Shown piece after piece: positions 13,124-24,968 of a stretch of 64,000 nt of DNA. The stretch is from Neovahlkampfia damariscottae (lineage: Eukaryota). The stretch lies in NCBI GenBank assembly GCA_016618085.1, contig JABLTG010000036.1, positions 62,001-126,000 on the forward strand. Reading direction: 5' to 3'. A program made the position numbers and the translations under genes. The notes beneath the pieces are model-generated. The model was not told the origin of the DNA and ran no database searches. It was given only the letters and a program-made list of their open reading frames with translations. Position 1 is the stretch's first letter. Each line of letters begins with the position of its first letter.

Positions 13124-13622
13124 TGTTCGTTTTTTTTAGATTTTTCTGGTCCTGACGGTTTCATTGGTTCAAATAAATGATTGGAGCAAAAATCATCCTA
13201 AATTGTCAATTCTAATCACCTTTTTTGAAAATTTGACCAAATTTGAACAGTAAATTTACTCGTTTCGTTTTTTTTCCTTTTTCTTTTTCAATCTGTCAGT
13301 TTTGAGAACATGAAAATCTCTTGGTTCGAAATCTTTATATATTCATTTGCAGTTTTGGAGTGATTGTTAGGCTGGTTTCAAAAAGTGATCAAACTTAACA
13401 AAACAAAAATTCGTTTTCTAGAATTTCTCTTTTTCCAACTAAAATGTGGTTAATAATATCAAAACCTGTTCTATTACTATCTTGAAGAAATTTCAATTGA
13501 GTGAACAATATAAAAATTTGTTCAACCAAGAAATAGGTTTTATCTTTGCAGGTTCTTCTGCATTTTGTTTTGTGGTGAAAGAGAATGGATTAATTTGATT
13601 GGTTATTCTCTTCCAAAAAAAA

Positions 13623-14174
13623 ATGTTCACAGAAAAAAAACAAAACAATTTCAGAAACAGAACAATATCTAATTCATCAAGTGATGATGAAATTAAAATG
13701 AAAAATAAAAGAAAAACCTTTGAAAGAGAAGAACCGATATTAAAAAAACAAAAAGTAGAAGATGAAGAGTATACCAAAATAATTGACAATTTCAATATTA
13801 TAAAGAATCAATTTTTTGCTTTTGGAGAATTGCTGGAAGACTATTCTTCAAAACTATCAAAAGCTAAACAAGACTATAAAAAATCATATGTGAAAAAACA
13901 AGAAGGAGATGATCATCCAGATGCAAATAAAATTGTTGTCAGTCAATTTCCAAATTGCAACAAAGAAAACGTAGAGAAACACTTTCAAAGATGCGGAAAG
14001 ATTTTTGATGTTTTTGTGGTTAAAAAACCTGGAAAACCTAATGGACCTGTTTTTGTAAGATTTAAAAGAAAAAAGGCATTTCAAAAAGCATTAAAAATGA
14101 ACGGAACTCAAGTCGGAAATTCTAAAATTAAAGTTCAAGTTGCAAAAGAGAGAAAAAAAAGAGTGGTCAAATAA
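13623..14174 (+). CDS. single-RRM RNA-binding protein with N-terminal basic/coiled-coil region
   Basis: C-terminal RRM (HFQRCGKIFDV...VFVRF...ALKMNGTQVGNSKIKVQVA); first ATG 13623. Confidence 0.8.
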   Translation: MFTEKKQNNFRNRTISNSSSDDEIKMKNKRKTFEREEPILKKQKVEDEEYTKIIDNFNIIKNQFFAFGELLEDYSSKLSKAKQDYKKSYVKKQEGDDHPDANKIVVSQFPNCNKENVEKHFQRCGKIFDVFVVKKPGKPNGPVFVRFKRKKAFQKALKMNGTQVGNSKIKVQVAKERKKRVVK

Positions 14175-14256
14175 AAAACAAAAAAATGAGATAAATTGAA
14201 CCAAAATAAATGATTTTTTTTCATCAATTTGATTGGTTGTTGGCTCAAAAAAAAAA

Positions 14257-15876
14257 ATGAACAAAAAGGAAAAAAGAAAAAATGATTCAACAGATTTATT
14301 AAAATCTACATCAAACAAAGAAGAATTAAATAGAAAATATCCACAACAAAAAAGAAAATTATCTGGAACAAGAGAACAATCAACACAAAAGAAACAAAAA
14401 ATGTTTCACATCATTGAAGAGTATAATAAATTGAAAAAGAATTTTGAAGATTTTACAAATCTAATTGAAGAATTTCAAAAACCTGAAACGTCAAACATTA
14501 AAAATATCGAATCAAAAATAGTTCAAAATGATGGAGAATTGTCTGTGGAGATTTCTGATTTGGAAGCTAATAAAATATTGGTCAAAAATTTTCCAGGTTT
14601 TGAGAGAAAAAATATAAGAAACAAATTCAAACAATGTGGAAAAATTGCTGACATTATAATTGTCAGAGAAGAACCAAAAGCTATTTTTGTGAAATTTGTT
14701 GCGCCTCAAGGTGTTGAAAAAGCAATGGAATTATTTGGCAATAAATCAATAGAAAAAGCAAAATCTGATTCATCAGATTCTGAAAGTGATTCATCGTCTG
14801 ATGAAAAGAGTAACTCAAAAGAAATTGAACAAAGTGATAGTTCATCTGATTCTGAAAGTGATAGTTCATCATCTGATGAAAGTGAAAGTAGCGATACAGA
14901 AAATCAAAAAAAAAATGTCAAACAAAGTAATGGCTCATCAGATTCTGAAAGTAATTCATCAGATTCTGAAAGTGATTCATCGTCTGATGAAAAGAGCAAC
15001 TCAAAAGAAATTGAACAAAGTGATAGTTCTTCAGATAATGAAAGTGATTCATCAGATTCTGAAAGTGATAGTTCATCAGATGAAAAGAGTGACTCAGAAG
15101 AAATTAAACAAAGTGATAGTTCATCAGATAATGAGGGTGAAAGTATAGATACAGAAAATCAAAAAAAAAATGTCAAACAAAGTAATGGCTCATCAGATTC
15201 TGAAAGTAATTCATCAGATTCTGAAAGTGATAGTTCATTAGATGAAAAGAGTGACTCAGAAGAAATTGAACAAAGTGATAGTTCATCATCTGAAAGTGAA
15301 AGTAGAGATACAGAAAATCAAAAAAAGAATGTCATTTTAGTTCGTAATCTTCCTTTTGGAGAAGACGAATATTACAAAAAATTATTTTCAGAAAAATGTG
15401 GTGTGATATTAAGTTTTCGTCGTCTCAAAAACAAATCAAAAGTATCAAATGGATTTATTGAATTCAAATCATCAAAATCAATTACAAAAGCATTGAAAAT
15501 GAAATTTGAAAATGAGAAAATAAAAGTGGAAATTGCTAAATCAAATCCAAAATTAAATGTTGAAAAGATTATTGTGAAGAGATTTCCAAATTGCGATCGT
15601 ACACGTGTTTCTCAATTCTTTGAAAAATGTGGTAAAATTGATGATATTTTTGTTGTAAAGAAATTTGGTAAACCAAATGGGCCTACTTTTGTTAAATTTG
15701 CTACATCTGATGGAGTTAACAAAGCTCTTGAATTAAACAATTCAGTGGTTGATGGATACAATATTTGTGTTGAAATTGCTCCAACAAGAGACAATAGAAA
15801 TCAAAACAAGAATAAAAATGCACCTGCTCCAAAATTAGAGAATGATGAATCTGATGGTCTCTCATTTCTCAACTAA
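14257..15876 (+). CDS. three-RRM protein with Ser/Asp/Glu-rich repeats (nucleolin/Nopp140-like composition)
   Basis: Three RRM-like units; central SSDSES repeats; last RRM closely resembles the upstream gene's RRM. Confidence 0.8.
   Translation: MNKKEKRKNDSTDLLKSTSNKEELNRKYPQQKRKLSGTREQSTQKKQKMFHIIEEYNKLKKNFEDFTNLIEEFQKPETSNIKNIESKIVQNDGELSVEISDLEANKILVKNFPGFERKNIRNKFKQCGKIADIIIVREEPKAIFVKFVAPQGVEKAMELFGNKSIEKAKSDSSDSESDSSSDEKSNSKEIEQSDSSSDSESDSSSSDESESSDTENQKKNVKQSNGSSDSESNSSDSESDSSSDEKSNSKEIEQSDSSSDNESDSSDSESDSSSDEKSDSEEIKQSDSSSDNEGESIDTENQKKNVKQSNGSSDSESNSSDSESDSSLDEKSDSEEIEQSDSSSSESESRDTENQKKNVILVRNLPFGEDEYYKKLFSEKCGVILSFRRLKNKSKVSNGFIEFKSSKSITKALKMKFENEKIKVEIAKSNPKLNVEKIIVKRFPNCDRTRVSQFFEKCGKIDDIFVVKKFGKPNGPTFVKFATSDGVNKALELNNSVVDGYNICVEIAPTRDNRNQNKNKNAPAPKLENDESDGLSFLN
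14765..15330 (+). repeat. nested coding tandem repeats (Ser/Asp/Glu-rich)
   Basis: gatacagaaaatcaaaaaaa recurs at 14893, 15148 and 15307; multiple tcatcagattctgaaagt units; the 14893/15148 blocks are near-identical with a 255-nt period. Confidence 0.9.
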
Positions 15877-15937
15877 TTATTTAATAAAAACTCCATTTCT
15901 ATTTTAATGTTTCAGAGTATTCTATTGGTTGTTAGAA

Positions 15938-16504
15938 ATGAAAGAAAAAAAAGAAAAAGTCAAAAAAGAAAAATCTGAAAAAAAAATCAAGAAAGAGAAA
16001 AAGAAAGAAGAAAAATCAGAAAAAACAATCCTTGAAGAAGAAACAGAAAAGCCAAAAGGAATTGTTTTGGTTGCTCCAATAACAAAAAAAAATAAAAGAA
16101 AAAATGTTCCAGACAAAAAAGAACCTGAAACAAAAAAACAAAAATCTGAAGAAACAATGAATATTGATAAATTAAATCAACAAGTACAAAAAATGAAAAA
16201 ACAACTTGCAATTTTTGAAGAACAACTCAAACTTTATCAAAAAGAAGAAGAAGAGAAAGATGTCACATCTAAAAGTATTATTGTTTATAATGTTGCTACC
16301 AGTGTTGTTGAAAAAGATGTTCGCGAGTTTTTTCGAGGATGTGGAAAAATTGTTGTTGCTTTTCCAATGAAGAAAATTGTGAATGATTCAAGAGTTTGGA
16401 CTGTTAAGTTTGGAAGTAATACAGAAGCAAAAGGTGCTTTGGGTTTAAGAGGAACTGATTTTAAAGGAAAAAAAATTTCAATTATCTTCAACAAAAAAAA
16501 ATAA
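15938..16504 (+). CDS. single-RRM protein with Lys/Glu-rich N-terminus
   Basis: SIIVYNV...DVREFFRGCGKI...VKF...ALGLRGTDFKGKKISI; first ATG 15938. Confidence 0.75.
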   Translation: MKEKKEKVKKEKSEKKIKKEKKKEEKSEKTILEEETEKPKGIVLVAPITKKNKRKNVPDKKEPETKKQKSEETMNIDKLNQQVQKMKKQLAIFEEQLKLYQKEEEEKDVTSKSIIVYNVATSVVEKDVREFFRGCGKIVVAFPMKKIVNDSRVWTVKFGSNTEAKGALGLRGTDFKGKKISIIFNKKK

Positions 16505-16541
16505 AATTTCAAAGAAGAGTGTTTTTCAAAATATCAAAAAT

Positions 16542-19241
16542 TTATTCTTCATCTGAATCATAAACATCACCATCAGCCCAAAGACCTGATTTTTCATTTT
16601 TAGCTTCTTGTTGTTTTATTCTTAATTCATTTAATTGTTTTTCAAATAAATCTTTTTGTGGACCTTCTGTAAGATGATAATTATTTGTAACAAAAGCGAA
16701 TCCATTAACAATAAGATCTGCATTAAGATTAAATTTTCCTTTTGAATCAAATAATGAAACATAAATATTCTTTCCCAAACTATATTCATGTCTTGCAACT
16801 AAATCTTCACCTTGACAAAAATCTTGAACTAAATTTAATGATTCAGTTTTGAAATTTGCACCATGAAAATGAACATAAGCTAAATATGCTTCTTTTGCTT
16901 GTGGTTTAATTTTTGCAAGTTCTGATTCTTGATCTAATTTTCTTAAAGCTGAAACTTTAACTTTTTCTTTATTTCCAAAATCAATATAAAATACTGTGTA
17001 GTATTGTTTTTCATTTGATAAAATTTGAGCACGATACCAACATTTATCTTCTGAAAATTTTGCAAGAACTAATTCTTTAACTTTTGGTTTAAAGTCTTTA
17101 TCAACTTCAGATTCGTCTAAATTTAAGAGTTTCATTTCTGAATCAACTTTTTCTAAAAGTTCAGCTGAATCAGGTGTTTGAAGATATAAATGACCAGCAG
17201 AATCAATTTCAGTTACACGTACTGCAAATACTTGTGTATTTCCTTGAACAATACCATTTCTATTATTTGATTGATTTGTTGATGGTTTTCTTTCTTCTTG
17301 TTCAATTGAAAAAATATTTCTTTTTGCTGCACGTGATGATACTTCAGCTTTTTGTAATTTTTCAAAATTTTTCAATTTTGAAGCACTTTTTGTCAAAGTA
17401 CCTAAACCTTGATTTAATAAATCTAAAGCAAAATCTTTATCATTTAAAAATAATGAACCAATGAAAGTGAGACCTTTTTTTGTTTCTAATCTATCAAAAT
17501 AAACATTAACATCTCTTAAATATAAATTTTCTTGTGCAAAAAGAAGTGATTCTTTTGAAAATGGTTTTGGATCTTTTCCTAATGAAGGTGCAGAAACACC
17601 ATCAAGTGCAAAAATAATTGTAACACTTTCATCTGGAAGATATAATTTAAATCTTGCTCCATTTAATACTCTTGAAACAACTGCTCTAACTTTTTTATCT
17701 CTATTTGTTATACAAATTTTTGAAGCATCTGCAGTAATTTTTGTTTCATTTTTATCATTTTCTCCTTTAAGAATTAATTCTGAATTTGTTTTAAATCCTT
17801 TCTTTTTATTAACTGATCCATGCATTCCTTTTTTTGTTTTTCTTGCATCTGAATCTGCTTTTAAAAGTGAATCATAAGAATCTGATTTTTCTTGATCTCT
17901 ATATTTTTGTACTACTGCTAATCCTGCTGAAACTAATTCAACTGAAATTGATTTTCCTTTATCAAGAATTGTAACATATCTTCTTTCTTCTTCAATTTTT
18001 TTTTCTCCTTGTTTTCTTTCTAATTTTCTTCTATAATCAACTTTAACATTTAATTTTTTTCCAACAAGTCTTTTTCTGAGAAATTCTTTTGCTTCAATAT
18101 TCCAATGTGAAACAATTTCTGAATCTTTATCATCTGATCTTGATCTAACATTTGATAATGAAACAATTTCTTCTTTGTCATCTAATAAAAGTTTAACTGT
18201 ATCTCCACTTATAATATCAACTAATTTTCCAGAAATTAAATTTTGATCACCATCTTGAAGTGTAGATGAAATTGGTTTATAATCTTTCCAAATTTTTGTT
18301 TTTTCTGATTGTGCTTTCTTTTCAGCTGTTCTAAATTGTGAAATAAATTTGGAATTTCCAACTGTATTATCATTAATCTTTGCAAGTCCTTTTTCAAAAA
18401 GACCTTCTGAAAATGGTTTTTTATCAACTAATACTGTTCCAAGAATATCTGTGTATTTTTCACCAACATCAAGTCCTTCAAAAATAATTTGAACATCTTT
18501 TCCTAATAAAGTTTCAGTGTATGCTTTTGCATCTTTTGCATATGGTTCAAATTTCTTTTCTTTTTGTCCATCTTTTTCAACAAATTTAACATTTGGTGTT
18601 TTGACTCCAGTGAAAGAAACTTGTACAATTTCAAAAGTTGGTAATAAAACTTTGATTGTAGATCCTGAAATAACGTGTTCAACAACAACTTGTACGATTT
18701 AAAAAAAAAAGTTTGTCTCTTACCATCAAGTGTTCTATTTTTAATAGTTTTGAAAATTGAAGTTGCTTCAATATTTGTTCTTTCAATAGGAGGTAAATCT
18801 TTTGTACCAGAATGAAGTCCTTTTTTGTTTTGTCTTCCTGTTTCTTCTGATTCAATAAGTTCACTGTCACCATCTTCAATAGCTTTTGCTGAAATTTTAG
18901 CTAAACCATTTTCGAGTAATAATTTTGATAATGAATTATCGTCAACAATAACGTCACAGTAATCTGTTCTTCTTTTTGGGTTTGAATATTTTACTGTAAA
19001 TTCAACTGATTTTCCAATGCAAGCTTTTCTTACAAATTCTCTTGCAGCAAAACCATATGACTAAATATTTAAAATAAAAAAATAAAAAACTAACTTCGTC
19101 TTTTTCTTCTTTTTTGTTGAATCTTGGTGCTTCTACACCTGCTAAGTTGATGTATTTTTCAAGTTGTTTTTTTGGGTGTTTAACAACTAATGTATCACCT
19201 GATGTAACGTTCTTGACAACGCCTTTGATTGATAAACTCAT
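16542..19241 (-). CDS. SND1: Tudor staphylococcal nuclease (Tudor-SN)
   Basis: Repeated SNase domains (GVVKNVTSGDTL...LAGVEAPR) and Tudor domain (AKFSEDKCWYRA...VFYIDFGNKE); two short introns near 19061-19094 and 18690-18723. Confidence 0.93.
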
Positions 19242-19356
19242 TATAAAAATTTATGCAGAGAAAAAAATAAAACGAAATAATTGGTCCACGTTTCCTTATA
19301 TTCATTTCATTGGTTAAAACTTTCTAAACGTTTTCGAAGCAGAAAAAAATTGAATT

Positions 19357-19839
19357 ATGCCATTGTATGAATTAATTTGCCTGATGGGTCATAAATTACC
19401 TTTAAAATTAACAGCTGATATAATTAAAGAAAAAGCAAATGTAATATTTGAAAATAAAGGTGTATTGAGACGTTTAGAGAATATGGGTGTAATGCCTTTA
19501 GCATACCCAATGTTTAGACACCAAAAAAAATTTTATAAAGCAAGATATGTTTTATTCTTATTTGATGGAAGTCCTGAATTAAGAAAAAAATTAGAAGAAA
19601 CTCTTTCAAAAGATCAAGAAGTTATGAGATGGGTTTTTTATAAACAAAAAAATAAATTTAGAGACGCTTATGATGAACATTATTATCATGAAGGTGTTGA
19701 ATTTGGTAAAACTGTTGAAGCAAGAGAAGTTGCTTTGGCTAAAACTCAACAACAAATAACTCAAGTTCTTGAAACTTCAAAACCATTGCAACAACAACAA
19801 AAATCAGAAGAGGCAACTTTAATGGAAATTTTGCAATAA
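19357..19839 (+). CDS. MRPS6: mitochondrial ribosomal protein bS6m
   Basis: MPLYELICL...GVLRRLENMGVMPLAYPM, bS6 family pattern, nuclear encoded. Confidence 0.85.
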   Translation: MPLYELICLMGHKLPLKLTADIIKEKANVIFENKGVLRRLENMGVMPLAYPMFRHQKKFYKARYVLFLFDGSPELRKKLEETLSKDQEVMRWVFYKQKNKFRDAYDEHYYHEGVEFGKTVEAREVALAKTQQQITQVLETSKPLQQQQKSEEATLMEILQ

Positions 19840-19951
19840 AAAAAAAAATTTTTGTAATCATCAAAAATAAATCGGATTTTTTTAAATGAAAAGTTTTATT
19901 TTATTTTCAACGAATCTTTTATTTTATTGGTCAATTATAAGAACTATCAAA

Positions 19952-21233
19952 ATGTTAATCTCTCTAAGTTGTCCAACACAAAAATATAAATGGGGTAAAG
20001 TTGGTGAAGATAGTTTAGTGGGACAATTATATTCACATCAAACAAAAGAAAAATTGAAAAAAGAAAATTATGCTGAATTATGGATGGGAACTCATACCAA
20101 TGGACCTGCAAAAATATTAGAAACAAATATTTTACTTTCAAGTTATTTAAATGATATGGATGAAAATATTTTAGGAATTGAATCATATAAAAATGAGTTA
20201 CCTTTTTTGTTAAAAGGTTAAAAAAAAAACAAAATTTAATTTTTTTAGTTTTATCTGTGAATCAAGCACTTTCAATTCAAGCTCATCCAAATAAAACCTT
20301 GGCAAAAAAACTTCATTCAAATTTTCCTTCAATTTATAAAGACCCAAATCATAAACCTGAATTAGCTTGTGCGCTTACAGATTTTGAAGCATTTTGTGGA
20401 TTTCAAACATTTGAATCCATTTCAAAGAATTTAGAAGTTCCTGAATTTAGAAGTTTAATTGGAGAAAAATCAGCAAAGAAATTTCAATCAAATCCATCAA
20501 AAGAAACTTTAAAAGAAATATTTTCAAATTGTATGCTTGCAAAAGAAGAAGAAGTCAAAAATCAATTATCAATTTTAATCAAAAGAGTTTCTGATTCAAA
20601 AGATAAATTAGATTTATTACTTTTACGTTTAAACCAACAATATCCAGGAGATGTTGGTTGTTTTGCAATTTATTTTTTAAACTATGTTATTTTGAAACCT
20701 GGTGAAGCTTTATTTCTTGATTCAAATGAACCTCATGCATATTTATCAGGAGATTGTATGGAATGTATGGCATGTTCTGATAATGTAGTTAGAGCAGGAT
20801 TGACTCCAAAATTAAGAGGTAAAAGAAAAAAAAAATCAAAATTCGATATTTTTTAATAGATTGTGAAGTTTTACTTGAAATGTTGACTTATGACGATAAA
20901 TCACTCTCAAATATGTTTATGAAACCAAAATCATTATCCAATAATATTTCAGTTTATTCACCACCTGTTGAAGAATTCATGTTGATCAAAATTGAATTGA
21001 AAAAAAATGAAAGTTCGACTATTGAATTTCAAAGTGCAAGTATTTTTATTGTTGTAAAGGGAAATGGAAATGTTGATGCTACATTTAAAAATGAAATTTT
21101 TAAAACAGATTCTGTTGAAGTTGGTAACATTTATTTCAACAGATCAAATTCAAAGATAACATTTAATGCAGATGAAGATGATTTAATAATTTTCTCAGCT
21201 ACTTTTAATAATTCAATTAGTCTTCCAGTATAA
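19952..21233 (+). CDS. MPI: mannose-6-phosphate isomerase, type I
   Basis: YAELWMGTH, LSIQAHP, YKDPNHKPE, NEPHAYLSGDCMECMACSDNVVRAGLTPK; two short introns. Confidence 0.95.
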
Positions 21234-21348
21234 TTAGGAAAGTTATCAAAATAAACCTTAGTTTTTAACATAAACTCAAACACTGATTCATTTAATTGAG
21301 CACACTACTTCAAATTGAACCAAAAGGTTTATTCAAATAATTTTTATT

Positions 21349-22542
21349 TTAAAAGACATATGCAATGACTGAGAATAAAACTCCTAATAATGTTAAAGTC
21401 ATTTTAGCTGAAGAACTAATATAAAATTCATCAACTCCAAAAGACGATTCAAATTCAACTCTATAAGGTTCTTTTCCTTGAAATGCGAATGAAACTACAA
21501 CACGTGTCACATTATAAGCAGGATCTACAGCAATTCCAAGGCCAGCTGTATTTACGACATCTTTTCTAACTATACCACGAAAGAGAAGAGGTGTTCCTTG
21601 AATATCATAAGCTCTAATCAAATTACGAACTGAAAAAAAACCACCTTGAGCATTTTCAGTTGATTTTGGTTCTTTCATAGAATAAGATGTTTGATTTTCA
21701 TTGCTGTAATTTGGGTAATCCATAAATTTTGTTTCATCAATACTATCACCTGTATTTTTTGCATCCGAGACATTTCCATATGAAACGATAAAGTATTCAA
21801 AAGCCATTCCAGTTGATGTTCCTACATCTGTAATTTGATCAATTGCTGAAGTTATTCTAACATTTTGTGGAGCTAATCTTTCAGGCCTAATTCCATGCAT
21901 TGTAGCATTTAAATCTTTGGCAACTTCTCTTGCAGTAACTTCAAAAATGTTTGAAACACTTGCAACTTTAAATTCTTTTAATAATTTTACACCTATATTA
22001 TGAACATAATCACCTGAACCTAAATCTTGAGATTCTTTTGTAAATTGTTCCCATGAAGTTGCCAATGAAGAATCATTCAAGTTTGCATTTTTAACAATTA
22101 TATCTGTGTCATCGTATTCATTTGGATTTCCACCTGCCACGTCTTGAAATAAAAGAAATCTACTTGTAAAAATTTGACCAAGATAAAGTTGAGTTTCTTC
22201 ATTTGGATCAACTGGTTCTGGATATGGATGTTTAACATATTTTATACCAATAGTTGGTAAATAAGTACTTTGTGAATATGGTATGGATGGTAAGTCAGTT
22301 CTTCCACCTGTTGTTAATAAATAATAAATTCTTCTGATTTTATATGATCTTTGAGGATTATTAATATCACCATATGAAAAAGGACAAATAGCTCTTGAAT
22401 CAGCAACTACTTGTTTTGCTACATTACTTGTAAAAAGTGAAATTCTTCTTTCACAATAATGTCTTGGGTTTAATTCAACATATTTTGGTATTTCTGAAAG
22501 TACAAGTACAATTTGAATTAAAAAAAGAAAAATAATTTTCAT
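21349..22542 (-). CDS. uncharacterised secreted, probably GPI-anchored surface protein
   Basis: Signal peptide MKIIFLFLIQIVLVLS from ATG 22542; C-terminal SSSA followed by a hydrophobic tail; no family recognised. Confidence 0.7.
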   Translation of the reverse strand: MKIIFLFLIQIVLVLSEIPKYVELNPRHYCERRISLFTSNVAKQVVADSRAICPFSYGDINNPQRSYKIRRIYYLLTTGGRTDLPSIPYSQSTYLPTIGIKYVKHPYPEPVDPNEETQLYLGQIFTSRFLLFQDVAGGNPNEYDDTDIIVKNANLNDSSLATSWEQFTKESQDLGSGDYVHNIGVKLLKEFKVASVSNIFEVTAREVAKDLNATMHGIRPERLAPQNVRITSAIDQITDVGTSTGMAFEYFIVSYGNVSDAKNTGDSIDETKFMDYPNYSNENQTSYSMKEPKSTENAQGGFFSVRNLIRAYDIQGTPLLFRGIVRKDVVNTAGLGIAVDPAYNVTRVVVSFAFQGKEPYRVEFESSFGVDEFYISSSAKMTLTLLGVLFSVIAYVF

Positions 22543-22645
22543 TGTTGAGTTTTTTTGACAGAGGTCAACGATGCTTTTTTTTATCCAATCAGTTGAATTC
22601 TTGAAATAACCAATCAATTCATTTGAACCTTGCAGTAATTCAAAC

Positions 22646-23454
22646 ATGTCTTCATTCAAGAAAGTTATGCCACAAAAAGTTTATAAAGAAGTAAAAAAAA
22701 TAATTTAAATATTTATATCTTAAAAAAGAGGACCCAAATTAAAGGAAGAAAAAATTTAGGTCCTTTAGAAAAACATAAAGATTATCAAATTCGTTCAAGA
22801 AAAAAACATCAAAAAGATGCAAAAATCAAATTATTAAAAGAAAAAGTAATGAATAAAAATCCAGATGAATACTATGTTGAAATGAAAAATTCCAAAAAGA
22901 AAGAAGGAAAAGTGTTCATTGATAAAATTTCAAAAGATTCTTCAAAAATGGAAAAGAGATTATTAGAAACAACATCAAAAACTAATTTAAGTTTATTAAA
23001 TATGAAAAGACAAATTGAATTGAATAATATTGAAAAATTGAAAAATGAACTTCATTTTTTAGGTCAAGAAAAGAAATCAAATCATAAAATATTTGTAAAA
23101 AGTAAAAAGGAATTAAATGAATTTAATGCTGAAAAATATTTTGATACACATAGTTCATTGGGAAATTCAAATTTAAAATTGAAAACTAATGATTTATTTA
23201 ACATTGATTTAAAAGAAGAAATGAAGAGTGTTGATTCAGAAACATTAAAAAAATATAAAAAATTAGAAAAACATATCCAAAATGAAAAGATTTTATCTGA
23301 TGCTATTAATGATTTAGAATTGAATTCAAACTTAATTTTAAAAAAAAAAGAAATTCAAAAATTATATCAAAATAATGAAATTGAAAATCCAAATTTAAAT
23401 AAAAAATATAAAAATGTTGTCAGTGTTCAATTCAAAAACGAAAGAAAAAAATAA
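22646..23454 (+). CDS. UTP11: U3 snoRNP protein Utp11
   Basis: Spliced N-terminus MSSFKKVMPQKVYKE|RTQ...LGPLEKHKDY...NKNPDEYY; C-terminus FKNERKK. Confidence 0.88.
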
Positions 23455-23524
23455 AAATTAAACCAATCATCTTTCTTTTATTTTTGACATTGACAAGTTC
23501 TTTTTTCACTCAAAGGAGTAAGAA

Positions 23525-24960
23525 ATGGAAATTGAATTTAGAAGACCTTCATTTGGTTCACCTCTCCCTTTTGATGAAGAAACTGAAGACAAACTGAAAG
23601 ACAATTCAGGTCAAATTATAAAACTAAACATAGGAGGAACTAAATTTGAAACAACAAAATCAACATTAATGTTTCAAAAGAAGTCATATTTTTATTGTTT
23701 ATTAAGCTCAGACAAATTCAAACCTGATAAAAATGGTGAATATTTCATTGATAGATCACCTGATTATTTTCCTGATATTTTATATTACCTAAGAACAGGT
23801 TTGATGAATTGGTCAAAATTTGAAGATGAATTTTCAAAAATTTGTTTTTTTATAGAATTAGATTTTTATCAAATTGAAATGTTAAATGAAGTTGATCAGA
23901 TTGAATATGATAAAATGAAAAAAATTAAAGTTATGAGTGAAAATATTGTTAGTTTACAAAATGAAAAAATACTTTATGAAAGACATCATCATTCAAAAGA
24001 AACAATTGATCAAGAAAATATTGTTGAATCTGAACAAGATGAAACTCCTACAGTTGAATTTCAAAATGTTCTTGAAAAAAGATTGTTTGAAAACCATAAA
24101 GGGAAATTTGAAAATTTAACTGAATTGAAGGATGGTAGATTAGCATTTAGTTCAGGTGACTATATCAAAATATTTAATATTTTTGGATACTATTCTGAAA
24201 TGTTATTGGTTTGTGAAGGAATTATTTGTTTCATCGAATGGAAAGATGGAATAATAGCATCAGGTCACTCAGATTATGCAATAAGGTAGTTTTAAATGTT
24301 CTTTAATCGTTTAATAGAATTTGGGATTCTGATGGTTACTATAGACAACGATTTAGTGGACATACAGGTTATATAAGATCTTTATTGAAATTAGATGACA
24401 AAAGAATTATATCAGGATCGGATGATGGTACTATTAGATTTTGGAATGAATCTGGTGAATGTACAAAATGTATAAAAGCGAATAATCCTATCAGATACTT
24501 GGGTTTATTTTCAGATGGAAATAGAATTGTTTCTTCTGACTCTCTTCAATGTCTTAAAATATGGGATCAAAAAGGAACTTGTAAAAAATCAGTTGACATT
24601 AATGGTTTATTATCTTTCATTATTTTATCCAATGATACCATTGCAGTAGGTGTAAATGATTCAACTATAAAGATTTTCGACGATGATGCAAATATTTTGA
24701 AAACATTTGGAAATCCAGAAGAAAACTACAGAGAAAATAAGGTAATTGAACTACCTGATGGTAGAATAGCATCTTGTTTATATTATTCTTATTTTAATCA
24801 TTTCTATTGTCTTCGAATTTGGCATAAAAATAGAAGTACTGAAGAAAAGAATATTCAAATTCATTCATATGTAAAATTAAAAAATGGTGGAATTGCTTTA
24901 GGTAGTCGATTCTTTTTATCGAGTAATAATTATAATAATAGTATTGAAATCAGAAAATAA
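23525..24960 (+). CDS. KCTD-type BTB/POZ (T1) domain + WD40 repeat protein
   Basis: IIKLNIGGTKFETTKSTL...YFIDRSPDYF..ILYYLRTG, then WD repeats (ISGSDDGTIRFWN); intron 24286-24317. Confidence 0.88.
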
Positions 24961-24968
24961 ATTTTAAT

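Noticed and set aside
14765..15330. Repeat array as possible CRISPR or mobile element
   Set aside because: Repeats are in-frame coding units without unique spacers; no cas, transposase, RT or terminal repeats seen in the window.
8807..19241. Dicer-like gene near Tudor-SN and RRM genes as an RNAi gene cluster
   Set aside because: Separated by an unrelated transporter; neighbours in this window are functionally random, so proximity is not evidence.
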